In this document: in pieces, positions 1 to 9,044 of the stretch
Layout: every line of letters begins with the position of its first letter
Numbering within the stretch: the stretch's first letter is position 1
Sequence record: NC_048747.1
Reading direction: 5' to 3' (one strand)
Length of the DNA stretch: 64,000 nt
Made by a program: the position numbers and the translations under genes
Notes under the pieces: generated by a model
Databases searched by the model: none
Told to the model about the DNA's origin: nothing
Seen by the model: only the letters and a program-made list of their open reading frames with translations

Positions 1-23
1 AAAAAAAAATAAGATTGTAGAAA

Positions 24-50
24 CTACCCTACCCATGACGGGTAGGGTAG
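24..50 (-). terminator. Intrinsic terminator hairpin
   Basis: ctaccctaccc-atgac-gggtagggtag 11-bp stem; T-rich tail on the minus strand; just after the stop of ORF 56-463. Confidence 0.8.
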
Positions 51-55
51 GAAGT

Positions 56-463
56 TTACTCTTTATCACTGATGGTGTAAGTCGCACCTAAAGAAGTTAA
101 TAGATCTTCGATAGGGTCATTAAACCAAGCTGACCAGTTAGAGATAGTAATTACCTTGGACTGAACGTTCACTACTTTCAATGAGTTCTTTACAATCCAT
201 GGTTCGCCAATCGCTTCGACTTTACCATTGAGGTGTTTAACCAAAAGGTATTTGTAGTCAGAAGGATTGATGGCGTTAGGGTAGTCGCCTTTAAAGTACG
301 CACGCAGGTTCTGGTGTTTGATGTTGATGTCTTTGGTTAGCTGTAAAGCTACAGCGTAAGATACAGTCCCTTGATAAGTTACCCCTTCAAAGGAACTGTT
401 CATCAAACCAGATTCAACGATACGGAAACTAATGCGATCTTCATCACCTATGTTGTAGATCAC
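56..463 (-). CDS. Hypothetical protein (135 aa, GTG start)
   Basis: Last ORF of a co-oriented minus-strand run, followed by a terminator; no recognisable motif. Confidence 0.75.
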   Translation of the reverse strand: MIYNIGDEDRISFRIVESGLMNSSFEGVTYQGTVSYAVALQLTKDINIKHQNLRAYFKGDYPNAINPSDYKYLLVKHLNGKVEAIGEPWIVKNSLKVVNVQSKVITISNWSAWFNDPIEDLLTSLGATYTISDKE

Positions 464-492
464 GCTTAAACTCCTATAGTCTGGTTAGGCGG

Positions 493-819
493 TTATCGCC
501 TATAGAAATGATCGTAATGTGCACGGTGGACCAACATGATCATAGGACAGGAACAAGAAACACCTTCATCGATATCCAGCACCGCAGCGGTGTGATCTTT
601 CATAACCGGGACGAAAGAATTGTACAAAGTTTCGTCTGGGAAAATGATTTGTGTGAGGGTAGGGTCTGGGTCTTCGTTCCCGTTCAAATGATAGAAGTGG
701 TCATTCAGGTGAGTTCCTAGCATGTCAGAACTTAGTACCCACGCATCTGGGTCGTACAATGAATTCACGTAACGAGCCATGAGCGGGTAATCGACATCAG
801 CTAATAGAAATAAATTCAT
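493..819 (-). CDS. Hypothetical protein (108 aa)
   Basis: Tightly packed co-oriented ORF. Confidence 0.7.
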   Translation of the reverse strand: MNLFLLADVDYPLMARYVNSLYDPDAWVLSSDMLGTHLNDHFYHLNGNEDPDPTLTQIIFPDETLYNSFVPVMKDHTAAVLDIDEGVSCSCPMIMLVHRAHYDHFYRR

Positions 820-1123
820 TAGATCTATCCCCGGACACTTTAAATACGATCATGACTGTTAGTCCAGCCATTTTCGCATCGGTCACTTCCACTGAACTGT
901 ACTGTGACTTCAAACCACTGATCAGTTCATTCAGACGATATGCTTCCTGCATCAACTGTCGTTTAGATTCCTCGATTGGATGATCTAGCTCAACAGTCTG
1001 TAAGGTTTGAATACCGTTTGGTACTTGGTGGGCGTTTAACAAACCACCAACGAACGTCATCAAAGCTTCGATGTCCGTTGCGGGTGGGATGTTGAACGAA
1101 TGGTTAATGGTGTTAACATTCAT
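797..1123 (-). CDS. Hypothetical protein (108 aa)
   Basis: Overlaps neighbours in operon fashion. Confidence 0.7.
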   Translation of the reverse strand: MNVNTINHSFNIPPATDIEALMTFVGGLLNAHQVPNGIQTLQTVELDHPIEESKRQLMQEAYRLNELISGLKSQYSSVEVTDAKMAGLTVMIVFKVSGDRSNEFISIS

Positions 1124-1496
1124 GAGTGAGCTCCAGCATCATTGAATTTGGTTTTTCAACATTAGGTAAAGGGTTGTAGGCGGTGAGTTCATGTAATTGT
1201 AACATGTCATCAATGTCCTCTACCATGTTCGTCCCGATAGCACTTAACTCCATTTCCGCCAGTATCCAAGGGAAGTCATTAAAACACTCCCCATGAATCA
1301 GACCACGGAGCACATTGGTTAACATACCGGATTGTGCTTGTAGGACTGCTTGCTCCCTTCCCCAACACACAACGGTTTCGTATGCTGTGTAGAAAAAGGC
1401 GTGCAATAAGTCAGCTTGACTAAGTGTCGTAAAGTCCGTCAAACATCGTCTCTGAATGAAGTCCGCCATCGGTTGCATCTGATATATCGTCAGCAT
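1113..1496 (-). CDS. Hypothetical protein (127 aa)
   Basis: Co-oriented ORF in operon. Confidence 0.7.
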   Translation of the reverse strand: MLTIYQMQPMADFIQRRCLTDFTTLSQADLLHAFFYTAYETVVCWGREQAVLQAQSGMLTNVLRGLIHGECFNDFPWILAEMELSAIGTNMVEDIDDMLQLHELTAYNPLPNVEKPNSMMLELTHEC

Positions 1497-2004
1497 CGCT
1501 TTCCTCTAAGTCGTCTTCGTGTACAGTGACTACCAAGAATTCGGTGTGCGGTACGGTTACCGTCACGACATGGTCAAAATAAGTATTCGGGGTCACACTG
1601 TACAAAAGTTGTAAGACACCGAATTGTATTTCCGATGTAATCTCATCTAACACTTCACTGGTATAATAACGATTCAAATAAGATATGTCATATTCCGGGT
1701 ACAGTGTTACTATTTCAAAGTCTTCTTGTTCGGCTGTTTTGTCATAAAAATACAAAGCTTCGTATTTAACTGGTTCAGAGGGCGTACGTTCCAATTTGAA
1801 TTTTGGATGGTCACATGCCCGCTTTATACCCAAGTACAACAAACCTGCCTGAACATCGGCAGTTTTCTCTAAAGGAATGGGTCTGATGTCATTGTCGTAC
1901 ATCAGCTCCCAAGTTAAAGCTTTAACTTGCTCTAGACTCAGAGCTAGCAATTTCATCTTCGATAACTTTTGCGAGATCGTCCTGGCTAGGGTTATCACTG
2001 ACAA
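1420..2004 (-). CDS. Hypothetical protein with acidic C-terminus (true start possibly ATG at 1956)
   Basis: ORF with D/E-rich tail; start uncertain. Confidence 0.7.
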   Translation of the reverse strand: MSVITLARTISQKLSKMKLLALSLEQVKALTWELMYDNDIRPIPLEKTADVQAGLLYLGIKRACDHPKFKLERTPSEPVKYEALYFYDKTAEQEDFEIVTLYPEYDISYLNRYYTSEVLDEITSEIQFGVLQLLYSVTPNTYFDHVVTVTVPHTEFLVVTVHEDDLEESDADDISDATDGGLHSETMFDGLYDT

Positions 2005-2410
2005 GTTCTCCTAAAGAAGTGGTTGAATCTGTTTCCACTAACATTTTCTCAAAGGTGGCGTCAAGGTCCATGATAATCAAGATCTGTTGAATGATACCTC
2101 TTCGATCTTTGATGCTTTTGTCTTCACAAATCTTAACACGAATGCGTGGATCCCATCCGGCTTGACGAGTGTACTTACGAAGATTATCGAGTTGATCCAT
2201 ATAAATGGTTTCAACCGCCGGGTTATTCCCTAGTATCGTAGTTAGGTGCCCGATGCGATCGTAAGCTTGGTCGAAGTCTTTAGAGTTAAAAACTCGAATC
2301 ACGTCTTCCACCAGGGCATGGGTATAACCATGGATTAGGACTTCATCAAAATCTAACTTATCGAACGTGAGTAGATCTCGCATAATCTGACCCGTGTTGA
2401 TAACGTACAT
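1922..2410 (-). CDS. Hypothetical protein (162 aa)
   Basis: ORF with AGGGG RBS-like sequence upstream. Confidence 0.7.
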   Translation of the reverse strand: MYVINTGQIMRDLLTFDKLDFDEVLIHGYTHALVEDVIRVFNSKDFDQAYDRIGHLTTILGNNPAVETIYMDQLDNLRKYTRQAGWDPRIRVKICEDKSIKDRRGIIQQILIIMDLDATFEKMLVETDSTTSLGELVSDNPSQDDLAKVIEDEIASSESRAS

Positions 2411-2419
2411 AATAACCCC

Positions 2420-2713
2420 TTATTTGAAAAACATAACAGCGTAGCACCCAGGGTTCGCCGGTCTTACCATAACGTTGACGTTAGTAGGTATTCCATTGGT
2501 TTGCCCCTCTAGTGCGGTTTTAATGAAAAGTTTGACTGGATAAAGCGTGGCTTCATCTCCAGTTGTTAAGTGACGATTTGTGACATGGTATCCCAAATCA
2601 GTCAGAGTTTCTTGGACGAGTGCAATTCCATTAAAAACGGAATGTTCGCCATTCATGAACTCTGTAAATTCGTTAAGAGCCACGGAAATGACTCGAATAC
2701 AAGTTTTACTCAT
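2420..2713 (-). CDS. Hypothetical protein (97 aa)
   Basis: ORF with GGGAAG RBS-like sequence upstream. Confidence 0.7.
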   Translation of the reverse strand: MSKTCIRVISVALNEFTEFMNGEHSVFNGIALVQETLTDLGYHVTNRHLTTGDEATLYPVKLFIKTALEGQTNGIPTNVNVMVRPANPGCYAVMFFK

Positions 2714-2758
2714 CTATCTTCCCGTTTTTAATAAAACTAAAAAATAATAAATATTAAA

Positions 2759-2785
2759 CGTATGGCACCTAGAAGATGCCATACG
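2759..2785 (-). terminator. Terminator after phuZ
   Basis: cgtatggca/tgccatacg stem followed by AT/T-rich tail on minus strand. Confidence 0.75.
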
Positions 2786-2806
2786 CAGTTAAGACTTACT
2801 TAGGTA

Positions 2807-3772
2807 TTACCAACACATTGAATCGCCATCAGCGTCCTCTGTGAGGTCTTTAGCACGGGTTTTATGGAATTGTGCTTGACGTTCCGCTGCTTGTTGCTCA
2901 GAACGCTGTAGGTCTTCGATAAGTTGATCCGTAACACTATCGTACTCTAGCATCATGTGTAGTTCACCCGTTTTGTTAGGGGTAATGGTGTCTGGATGCA
3001 TGACACCAGTAACGCGATAACCTTTACCGATTTGTACTGAGCGGATATCGTTACGGTGAGAGTATAGAGAGAAACTCGCCACTGCGACACCGGTACGCTG
3101 GTCGATAGTTTGACCGTCGTAGTACTCGATGCGAGTTAGTGCAGGCGGGATATCAATTGCACTAGAGTAGTTCAGTAAGTGACGAACGTCTTCGTAGTCC
3201 GACTCTTCATGGATGTCAGTTAAGAACAAGCTAAGTAGATTCAAACGCTCTACCGCAAGTTCATTCATTTGACCACGATTCATTCGCTCATTGTTTTCTA
3301 GGACATCTAGTACTACCGGTTGGTTAAAGTACTTACGCTGACCATCCAAAGAACGAAGTGTGGCTAGTGTGTTTTCAAACTCGATGTCTGTGGTTTGGTC
3401 TAGGACTAAGAAAGAAACCACGGGAACACCTGCTTCCATAAGAGCACGAACCAAGTAAGGACCGATAGTAGAACCCGACGCACCCGCACCACTGTAGATA
3501 ACAACGTTGAAATCACCTGGACGGTGTTTGATCAACATTTGTTTCACGAAGTCTGGGATAAGGTCGCGGTTAAGCGTACGTTTCTTACCACCACCTCGGG
3601 TGTTAGCTGGTGATTCGACAGTGAAAGCGTCATCATCAGGACGGTTGTTCATGGACGTATCTAAGCCAATGAAATCCACTTGTGCTAAAGGTAGATTTCT
3701 TAGTGATTTGTTCCATGCCGAGCCAATGTTGATACCCGCACCACCAACACACCATGCACGTAATGTAGACAT
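2807..3772 (-). CDS. phuZ: PhuZ phage tubulin (spindle protein)
   Basis: N-terminal GGAGINIG loop, RGGGKKR loop, tubulin-signature variant SGAGASGSTIG, coiled C-terminal helix with acidic tail; ~320 aa; AAGGAG RBS. Confidence 0.93.
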   Translation of the reverse strand: MSTLRAWCVGGAGINIGSAWNKSLRNLPLAQVDFIGLDTSMNNRPDDDAFTVESPANTRGGGKKRTLNRDLIPDFVKQMLIKHRPGDFNVVIYSGAGASGSTIGPYLVRALMEAGVPVVSFLVLDQTTDIEFENTLATLRSLDGQRKYFNQPVVLDVLENNERMNRGQMNELAVERLNLLSLFLTDIHEESDYEDVRHLLNYSSAIDIPPALTRIEYYDGQTIDQRTGVAVASFSLYSHRNDIRSVQIGKGYRVTGVMHPDTITPNKTGELHMMLEYDSVTDQLIEDLQRSEQQAAERQAQFHKTRAKDLTEDADGDSMCW

Positions 3773-3811
3773 AATAAACTCCTTTAAAGTTTAGCTAAAA
3801 TATTTAAAATG

Positions 3812-4382
3812 CAAAAAAGTACCATCCCGGATTTCGGGATGGTCAAAGCAGTGTTTCACAGTACCTCGCTGAAAGTACCCGAACTGGATTCTCAAAGACA
3901 TTTGTCTTTTGCGGTCGAAAACCCAGCCGGCTAGCCTCGGCGTAGCATCCCTTTATTGGAGCGTTGGAGCTGGCTGAAAACGCTCTCCTTTTTTATAGCG
4001 GTCAAGGGGTTTACCGCTGGGGACCGAGGAGTTAAAGGCAACTCGGTCCAACAAACAGAAGGCTCGGCTTCCGCTTGATCATTTGATCCAATGGTAATGG
4101 TTGTGCAGGGCACGGAGAAAAAACCATTTGGAGGCATCAGATCAAATAGGGTTCAGTCCAGAACAAGTAACTAACATCGATGACTAGGGACATGGCTCGT
4201 CATTCTGGACTGAAAATAGTGATCGCCATGGGGGTGGCGATCGGCGCTTTATACTCGTAACACGATATGAGTAAGCTGTGAGCGGTTGTAATGAAGGAAT
4301 AACTTCCTAGGTCGGACTCGCGGTATACACCTTTTCTTTTCGGACACGCTAGTCTAGCTAATCCTAATCTTGTACCGCTCAC
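3812..4382 (-). ncRNA. Putative ~570-nt structured non-coding RNA of unknown family
   Basis: No credible ORF; GC-richer than flanks; at least 8 inverted-repeat helices (e.g. 12-bp 4152-4163/4203-4214; 10-bp 4277-4286/4374-4383); TATG at 4382-4385 and terminator at 3821-3843. Confidence 0.7.
3821..3843 (-). terminator. Intrinsic terminator closing the putative ncRNA
   Basis: accatcccg-gattt-cgggatggt stem followed on minus strand by ACTTTTTTGCATTTT. Confidence 0.85.
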
Positions 4383-4410
4383 ATACAATGTACACTGAGT
4401 TAGGAATTAA

Positions 4411-5112
4411 TTACAACCTTGACAGTTGACGGAATCGCTTTGGACCCATCCCATATTTATTCTCGAACTTAACCACAAAATAGTTAAAGTCACGAAACCC
4501 TAATTTAAGTGCAAGTTCTTTAATAGGTTTGAGATGATTAGGGAGTCTACCGTGGGCCTGGTTTAATCGGAAGTTTAACAAGTGAGTTTTGAAATCTTCA
4601 CCGGTATGGTGTTTGATAATCAACTCAATTTCTTGATGGGTTAAACGAAAGCGGTCCGCAAGGACGTGGACGGATACCTCTGGGTCATTGTAATGTTTCT
4701 TGACATAGTCCAACAAATAAGTTTGTCGTTGAACTGTGAGTTTAGGATGCTTTTTAAATAACTTCCAAGCATGGTCTTCCGTCTTAGGTCTATGGCGGTA
4801 ATCCACAGGAGTTATGCCAAATAACTTAACAAAGTTTTCCCGCAGTGATTTGGGTTTGGTGTAACCGACAGCCCTGGAGATGGCGGTTATCTCCAGGTCC
4901 GTAGTGTCGATAAGTTTCTTCGCCTCTAACATCCTCAACAAAGTGATGTAATCATAAAGACTGCCTTCATTTGCATCACGAAGCATTTTAAGGACTTTAG
5001 TGCGACTAAACCCAGTCTTCTTCAATACCAACTCGGTCGCATCTGTCTCCAGGCAATATTTCTTAGCCGCGTCTTTGAGCTTCTTAAGTTCTCTGGATTT
5101 CTTATCAAACAC
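4411..5112 (-). CDS. Protein made of two tandem AraC-type HTH DNA-binding domains, no sensor domain
   Basis: Two AraC C-terminal signatures: ITAISRAVGY...FVKLFGITPVDYR and IKELALKLGF...FENKYGMGPKRFR. Confidence 0.85.
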   Translation of the reverse strand: MFDKKSRELKKLKDAAKKYCLETDATELVLKKTGFSRTKVLKMLRDANEGSLYDYITLLRMLEAKKLIDTTDLEITAISRAVGYTKPKSLRENFVKLFGITPVDYRHRPKTEDHAWKLFKKHPKLTVQRQTYLLDYVKKHYNDPEVSVHVLADRFRLTHQEIELIIKHHTGEDFKTHLLNFRLNQAHGRLPNHLKPIKELALKLGFRDFNYFVVKFENKYGMGPKRFRQLSRL

Positions 5113-5830
5113 GAACGCCTCTCAGAGTTTCCCGAAGTTCGACAATGTTAACTCCATAGACTTCCTGATATTGCTTACGTAAATAAGTAGCACTACAAGA
5201 ACCTACGGTAGTCGCCAGGTCAGTGATTTTAATACTTGGATTTTTGTGGAGTAACTCCTTAGCTAATTTCATCCTAGTATCCTTTCTCCATTCACGATAG
5301 GGTTTACCATAATAGTGCTCAAACATTTCACTTAGGCTACGATCTGGTAAACCAAACTTCTTTTCCACATCAGCGTAATTAAGATTCACTTTGATGTTTT
5401 TACACAAATAACTCAATATCTTCTCACGCAACTCACTAGGATAATATCGGTCCATAGTTTCTTTAGAATAAGAATCCATGGTCGGTACCTCAAGGGAATC
5501 CACGTAGTCTTCACGAGGATGGCGTTTAAAGAAAGCTTTGTACTCTTTGGTGAAAGATTGGTAGTGAGAATAACCAACATGGGCTCCTGCTAACGTTGGT
5601 CTGATTCCGGATTCCAATAGAGACTTGGCTTTAACTAAGCGTTTACGTCGAAGGTATTCGCCAGGAGTTGTACTGCGTTGTTCAGCAAACAAACGGTATA
5701 CATCTGGGATGAAGACTCCCAGTTGGTGACTTAAGTCTTTAACGGTGACTTTTTCCAAGTAATGTTCACTTATCCATTTGTCCAGATCATCCATTAATCG
5801 AGTTCTGGATTCTTTATCTACAGGGTACAT
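5105..5830 (-). CDS. Protein with two tandem AraC-type HTH domains
   Basis: TPGEYLRRKRLVKAKSLL...VGYSHYQSFTKEYKAFF and KPYREWRKDTRMKLAKELL...ITDLATTVG...YQEVYG. Confidence 0.85.
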   Translation of the reverse strand: MYPVDKESRTRLMDDLDKWISEHYLEKVTVKDLSHQLGVFIPDVYRLFAEQRSTTPGEYLRRKRLVKAKSLLESGIRPTLAGAHVGYSHYQSFTKEYKAFFKRHPREDYVDSLEVPTMDSYSKETMDRYYPSELREKILSYLCKNIKVNLNYADVEKKFGLPDRSLSEMFEHYYGKPYREWRKDTRMKLAKELLHKNPSIKITDLATTVGSCSATYLRKQYQEVYGVNIVELRETLRGVRV

Positions 5831-6996
5831 GGTTCTGTTACCTCTATCTTACCTAAACGTATGTCATCTTCTCTGATGCATAAGTCAGCATTAGTTTTAA
5901 CGAAACGGATGAATTGTTCAGTATTGTAACGACGCGTAAGGGGACCTTTAAGCTTGCGGATTTCTACTGGAGTTAATCCGTAGTTCTCGGTTAACTGCCT
6001 TCTAACATCGTATTCATAATCCGAACCAACTTTTCTCAGGATCTTAGTGAACTTCCAACGAGTGTTTTGTAGAAAGTAAACAATGAGTTCCAGACGGATA
6101 CACTGACGCACCTTACTTGGAAGCATGCCCGTGTAGAGGGTAAACATTCGTTCCCAAGAGTGTGAATTGAGACCGTAGAACTCTCTTAGTTGATAGAGGT
6201 TAAGGCGGTCGTCCAGCAAGTTCTCGGTAACGTTATCTAGAATCTCATCCATAAGAGAAGGCATTACCCAAACGTTTTCACCATGAACCTTGGCCCACGT
6301 ACCAATCGACAAAGACTCGCCGTAATCACTAGTCGTCATACCGTACTTTGCTTTGAAAGCCTTGTTGAGTCCGGTAGGAGCATTATGCATGGTCATGCCC
6401 ATTAAACGAGCTTCTTTATAGCCGTGAGTCTTTATTTGGTCTGCAACGTATTCTAGTTGTCGATCCAATAAATGAGCTCGAGGTGTCTTGCCGTACATTT
6501 CAATAAACTTACGTTTAATGTAAACGTTGCTGTAACCGTGTTCTTCCATGAGTTCGGTGACGTCTTTGTAAAAGTTTGGATTGAGGTCGATCTTTGTAGC
6601 AATAGATTTAGCGATGGCGTCGATCACACCTGAGCTTGGAGTCTTAGACTTAAGACCCATTCGTGCTCGCACCTTAGTAGGACGCTCTCCAAAAACTGAC
6701 TGGTACCAAACGTAGAAATTCATCGTCTTATCGTAACCGAGAGTTTCTGCGATTTCACTTAGTGAGAGCTTACCTTCGGTGACTAAAGTTTTAGCTAACT
6801 CTTTACGTAACTCTTTCAAATAGTGCGTCGGAGTTTCAAAACCTTGGTTTTCAAAACGTTTGGTAATTGCGTTGGGACAGGTCTTTTGTAATTTAGCGAT
6901 GTCGGTAAACTTTCGCTTTTCTTTATAGTACTTTTCTATGTTCTTAAAAGTTAATGCTGTGATTGGATCTTCAGCGATAGGCAACTCGATGGACAT
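5818..6996 (-). CDS. Protein with about three tandem AraC-type HTH domains
   Basis: LSLSEIAETLGY...FGERPTKVR; FIEMYGKTPRAHLL...FKAKYGMTTSDY; YTGMLPSKVR...NYGLTPVEIR. Confidence 0.8.
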   Translation of the reverse strand: MSIELPIAEDPITALTFKNIEKYYKEKRKFTDIAKLQKTCPNAITKRFENQGFETPTHYLKELRKELAKTLVTEGKLSLSEIAETLGYDKTMNFYVWYQSVFGERPTKVRARMGLKSKTPSSGVIDAIAKSIATKIDLNPNFYKDVTELMEEHGYSNVYIKRKFIEMYGKTPRAHLLDRQLEYVADQIKTHGYKEARLMGMTMHNAPTGLNKAFKAKYGMTTSDYGESLSIGTWAKVHGENVWVMPSLMDEILDNVTENLLDDRLNLYQLREFYGLNSHSWERMFTLYTGMLPSKVRQCIRLELIVYFLQNTRWKFTKILRKVGSDYEYDVRRQLTENYGLTPVEIRKLKGPLTRRYNTEQFIRFVKTNADLCIREDDIRLGKIEVTEPCTL

Positions 6997-7036
6997 AATT
7001 AATCCTTAATGATTTATATTGAGTTTGTAAAAATAA

Positions 7037-7062
7037 CCCTACTTGCCGTTAAGCAAGTAGGG
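7037..7062 (-). terminator. Intrinsic terminator
   Basis: ccctacttgc/gcaagtaggg stem plus GTTATTTTT tail on minus strand. Confidence 0.85.
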
Positions 7063-7069
7063 AATGAGA

Positions 7070-7849
7070 TTAGGAAGCCATGCGACCTTCCCAGGGAACA
7101 GTTTCAAATCCAGCTCGACGATAAGCTTGTAAGAAAGCTTCAGTAACCGTTTTAGGTTTCACTTCGATTCTGACCAACATGTTGTCTTTGTCAGCTTGCT
7201 TCAGTGCGGTAACGTGATGAGGTTCGGAGATGTCCTTAGGATCGATCTCCACCCACCCGTCTTCTAACGCGACTTCTGCTCGACGATTAACCACTCGCTT
7301 AGCGTAGTAGTCACTTAGATCGTCTCCAGTGACTACAGATGACTTTAACAAATAAATAATGTCATCGGTACTGACTTCTAACATATCTCCGTCGATACTG
7401 TTGATTAAATCATAACACTGGTTTTGGTTAGGATAGATCTCAGCCCAGTACCATTGCTTAGCTCGTTCGTCTACGTACAGTTCGTAGATCTTCCCGTCTT
7501 CCGCTACCGCGTTCCCTAAGAACCCTGGTAAGATGTATAAGTTCAATCCTTCCCAGCTAATCACCTTAGTCACGTAAGGAGCGTACACCACGTAATCTTC
7601 GTAAGTCGGCAGTAAGATTTCTTTGAAATGAAATTCCTCCGCTTGATCTACTAGATGGATAGGGAACCCTTCTCGTAGTTTAGTTAAATGTTCTAACCAA
7701 AATTGAGCTCGAGTTAAACGTACTTGTTTAGTCCCCTTTACCGTGAACGTAATGTTGTTTTGACGATAAGGCTTACCTTTAGCTGTAACGATCATCCCGT
7801 GTAGATGATGTAAGCTGGTATTCTTTATCTGTTGAATTCTTTTACTCAT
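7070..7849 (-). CDS. Hypothetical protein; central part weakly resembles NUMOD4-type domains
   Basis: LYILPGFLGNAVAEDGKIY loosely resembles NUMOD4 IPGYEGxYxVSxxGxV; no HNH catalytic motif seen. Confidence 0.75.
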   Translation of the reverse strand: MSKRIQQIKNTSLHHLHGMIVTAKGKPYRQNNITFTVKGTKQVRLTRAQFWLEHLTKLREGFPIHLVDQAEEFHFKEILLPTYEDYVVYAPYVTKVISWEGLNLYILPGFLGNAVAEDGKIYELYVDERAKQWYWAEIYPNQNQCYDLINSIDGDMLEVSTDDIIYLLKSSVVTGDDLSDYYAKRVVNRRAEVALEDGWVEIDPKDISEPHHVTALKQADKDNMLVRIEVKPKTVTEAFLQAYRRAGFETVPWEGRMAS

Positions 7850-7915
7850 GTCCTAATCACTCCTACTAACGTTATTTACTAATAACTTACATGACTCAGT
7901 TTTATTTACCCTAAA

Positions 7916-7928
7916 GTAATATAGAACT
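7916..7928 (-). promoter_or_regulatory. Early-promoter-like motif AGTTCTATATTAC
   Basis: Contains TATATTAC, the phiKZ early promoter core; identical 13-mer at 15783-15795; both lie upstream of minus-strand genes. Confidence 0.6.
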
Positions 7929-8185
7929 AAAATTCTTTTCTACTGAATCATTTCCCTATTACATGGACTCACTGGCATCACTACTCGTTATACGTAGTAC
8001 ACTCCTTTTATCGTGTTTACGTACTTCGTACTACAACACTCACCGTGACTATTCGTACCTCATAGATCACTCTAAGGAGTACTACTATAACTCGTATGCA
8101 AAAATAACCCTTTCCCATCCTTTCTAGGGGGTCTTCGACGGTTTTAGTTTAGTACATATAATATATTATCCGTTAGAAAATAACT

Positions 8186-8944
8186 TTAGAATATGAAATG
8201 AGTTTTAAGTCCACTGAGTTCGTTGTAAGTTCCACGTAAAGTAACCACTTCTCGTCTTAGGGGGACACGAGTAATAATCAACTCGGTAGTCATGCAATCA
8301 GAATTGACAACTGAAGGGTGGGTGATGATGTGTTCAGATGAAAACCAGTTGAACTTAGCACGAACCTTCACCATGCGCAAGAAAGCTTCAAGTTCCTTAT
8401 CTGTTTTAGAAGGATCTAACCACATGTGCTGAGTAATGGTTTGTACCATGGCTTTGATACCCGGTTCAGTCAACGTATTGAATTTGAAGTTGAAGTGACG
8501 TTTATGAAACCAATCTTCATTTTTACGGTTCTTGAATAAACCCCAAGGAAGTTCCCAGGTGAGTTCATACCCATTACCTTCTCTGAATTCTAACTTGAAT
8601 AAAAAGTCAGGGTTCAGTTTATTGTAAGATTCCGTTATCGTAATGCTGCTACGTTTACGATTATGGTGTTCGATTGAGAACTGTCGGTTATCATAATTTG
8701 CAGGGGATATACGGAAGTGGTTTTTGTAAGCAAGGTCCCAGGATTGAGCACGATCTTGGTGAAGTTGATTAGAGACATCAGTGATCCATTTGAACGCGTC
8801 ATCGAAACTACGGTAAGCGTACGCCAATTTGGTCATCATCTCTAAACGAGATTCAAAAGTATGGAAGTTTGAAGGTGGGTGAGGAATAGGCATGCCGTGT
8901 CGGTTATAACCCATGTGTAAAGTGAAAGGACATTGTTCGTTCAT
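8186..8944 (-). CDS. Hypothetical protein (252 aa)
   Basis: Long ORF with AAGGA RBS. Confidence 0.8.
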   Translation of the reverse strand: MNEQCPFTLHMGYNRHGMPIPHPPSNFHTFESRLEMMTKLAYAYRSFDDAFKWITDVSNQLHQDRAQSWDLAYKNHFRISPANYDNRQFSIEHHNRKRSSITITESYNKLNPDFLFKLEFREGNGYELTWELPWGLFKNRKNEDWFHKRHFNFKFNTLTEPGIKAMVQTITQHMWLDPSKTDKELEAFLRMVKVRAKFNWFSSEHIITHPSVVNSDCMTTELIITRVPLRREVVTLRGTYNELSGLKTHFIF

Positions 8945-9010
8945 AATACGTTCCTTAAGGCTCTAAGAGCTTAATTAAAAAGAGGTTGGTATGATTTATC
9001 AGATGAAGTA

Positions 9011-9037
9011 CTAGGAGGTCCTCAGGGGACCTCCTAG
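9011..9037 (-). terminator. Hairpin (terminator-like)
   Basis: ctaggaggtcc/ggacctcctag 11-bp stem after ORF stop at 9045. Confidence 0.7.
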
Positions 9038-9044
9038 GAGCTTA

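Noticed and set aside
3905-3985. tmRNA-like fragments on the minus strand (GCCAGCTCCA; GGCTGGGTTTTCGAC)
   Set aside because: No T-loop GTTCRA, no CCA end, no tag ORF ending in ALAA; resemblance is only partial
4277-4290. TGTGAGCGG resembling the lac operator
   Set aside because: Only a partial half-site; explained as one arm of the RNA's first helix
3931-4388. Short ORFs 3931-4137 and 4200-4388 from the ORF track
   Set aside because: No RBS, atypical composition, and they run through stable helices; better explained as ncRNA
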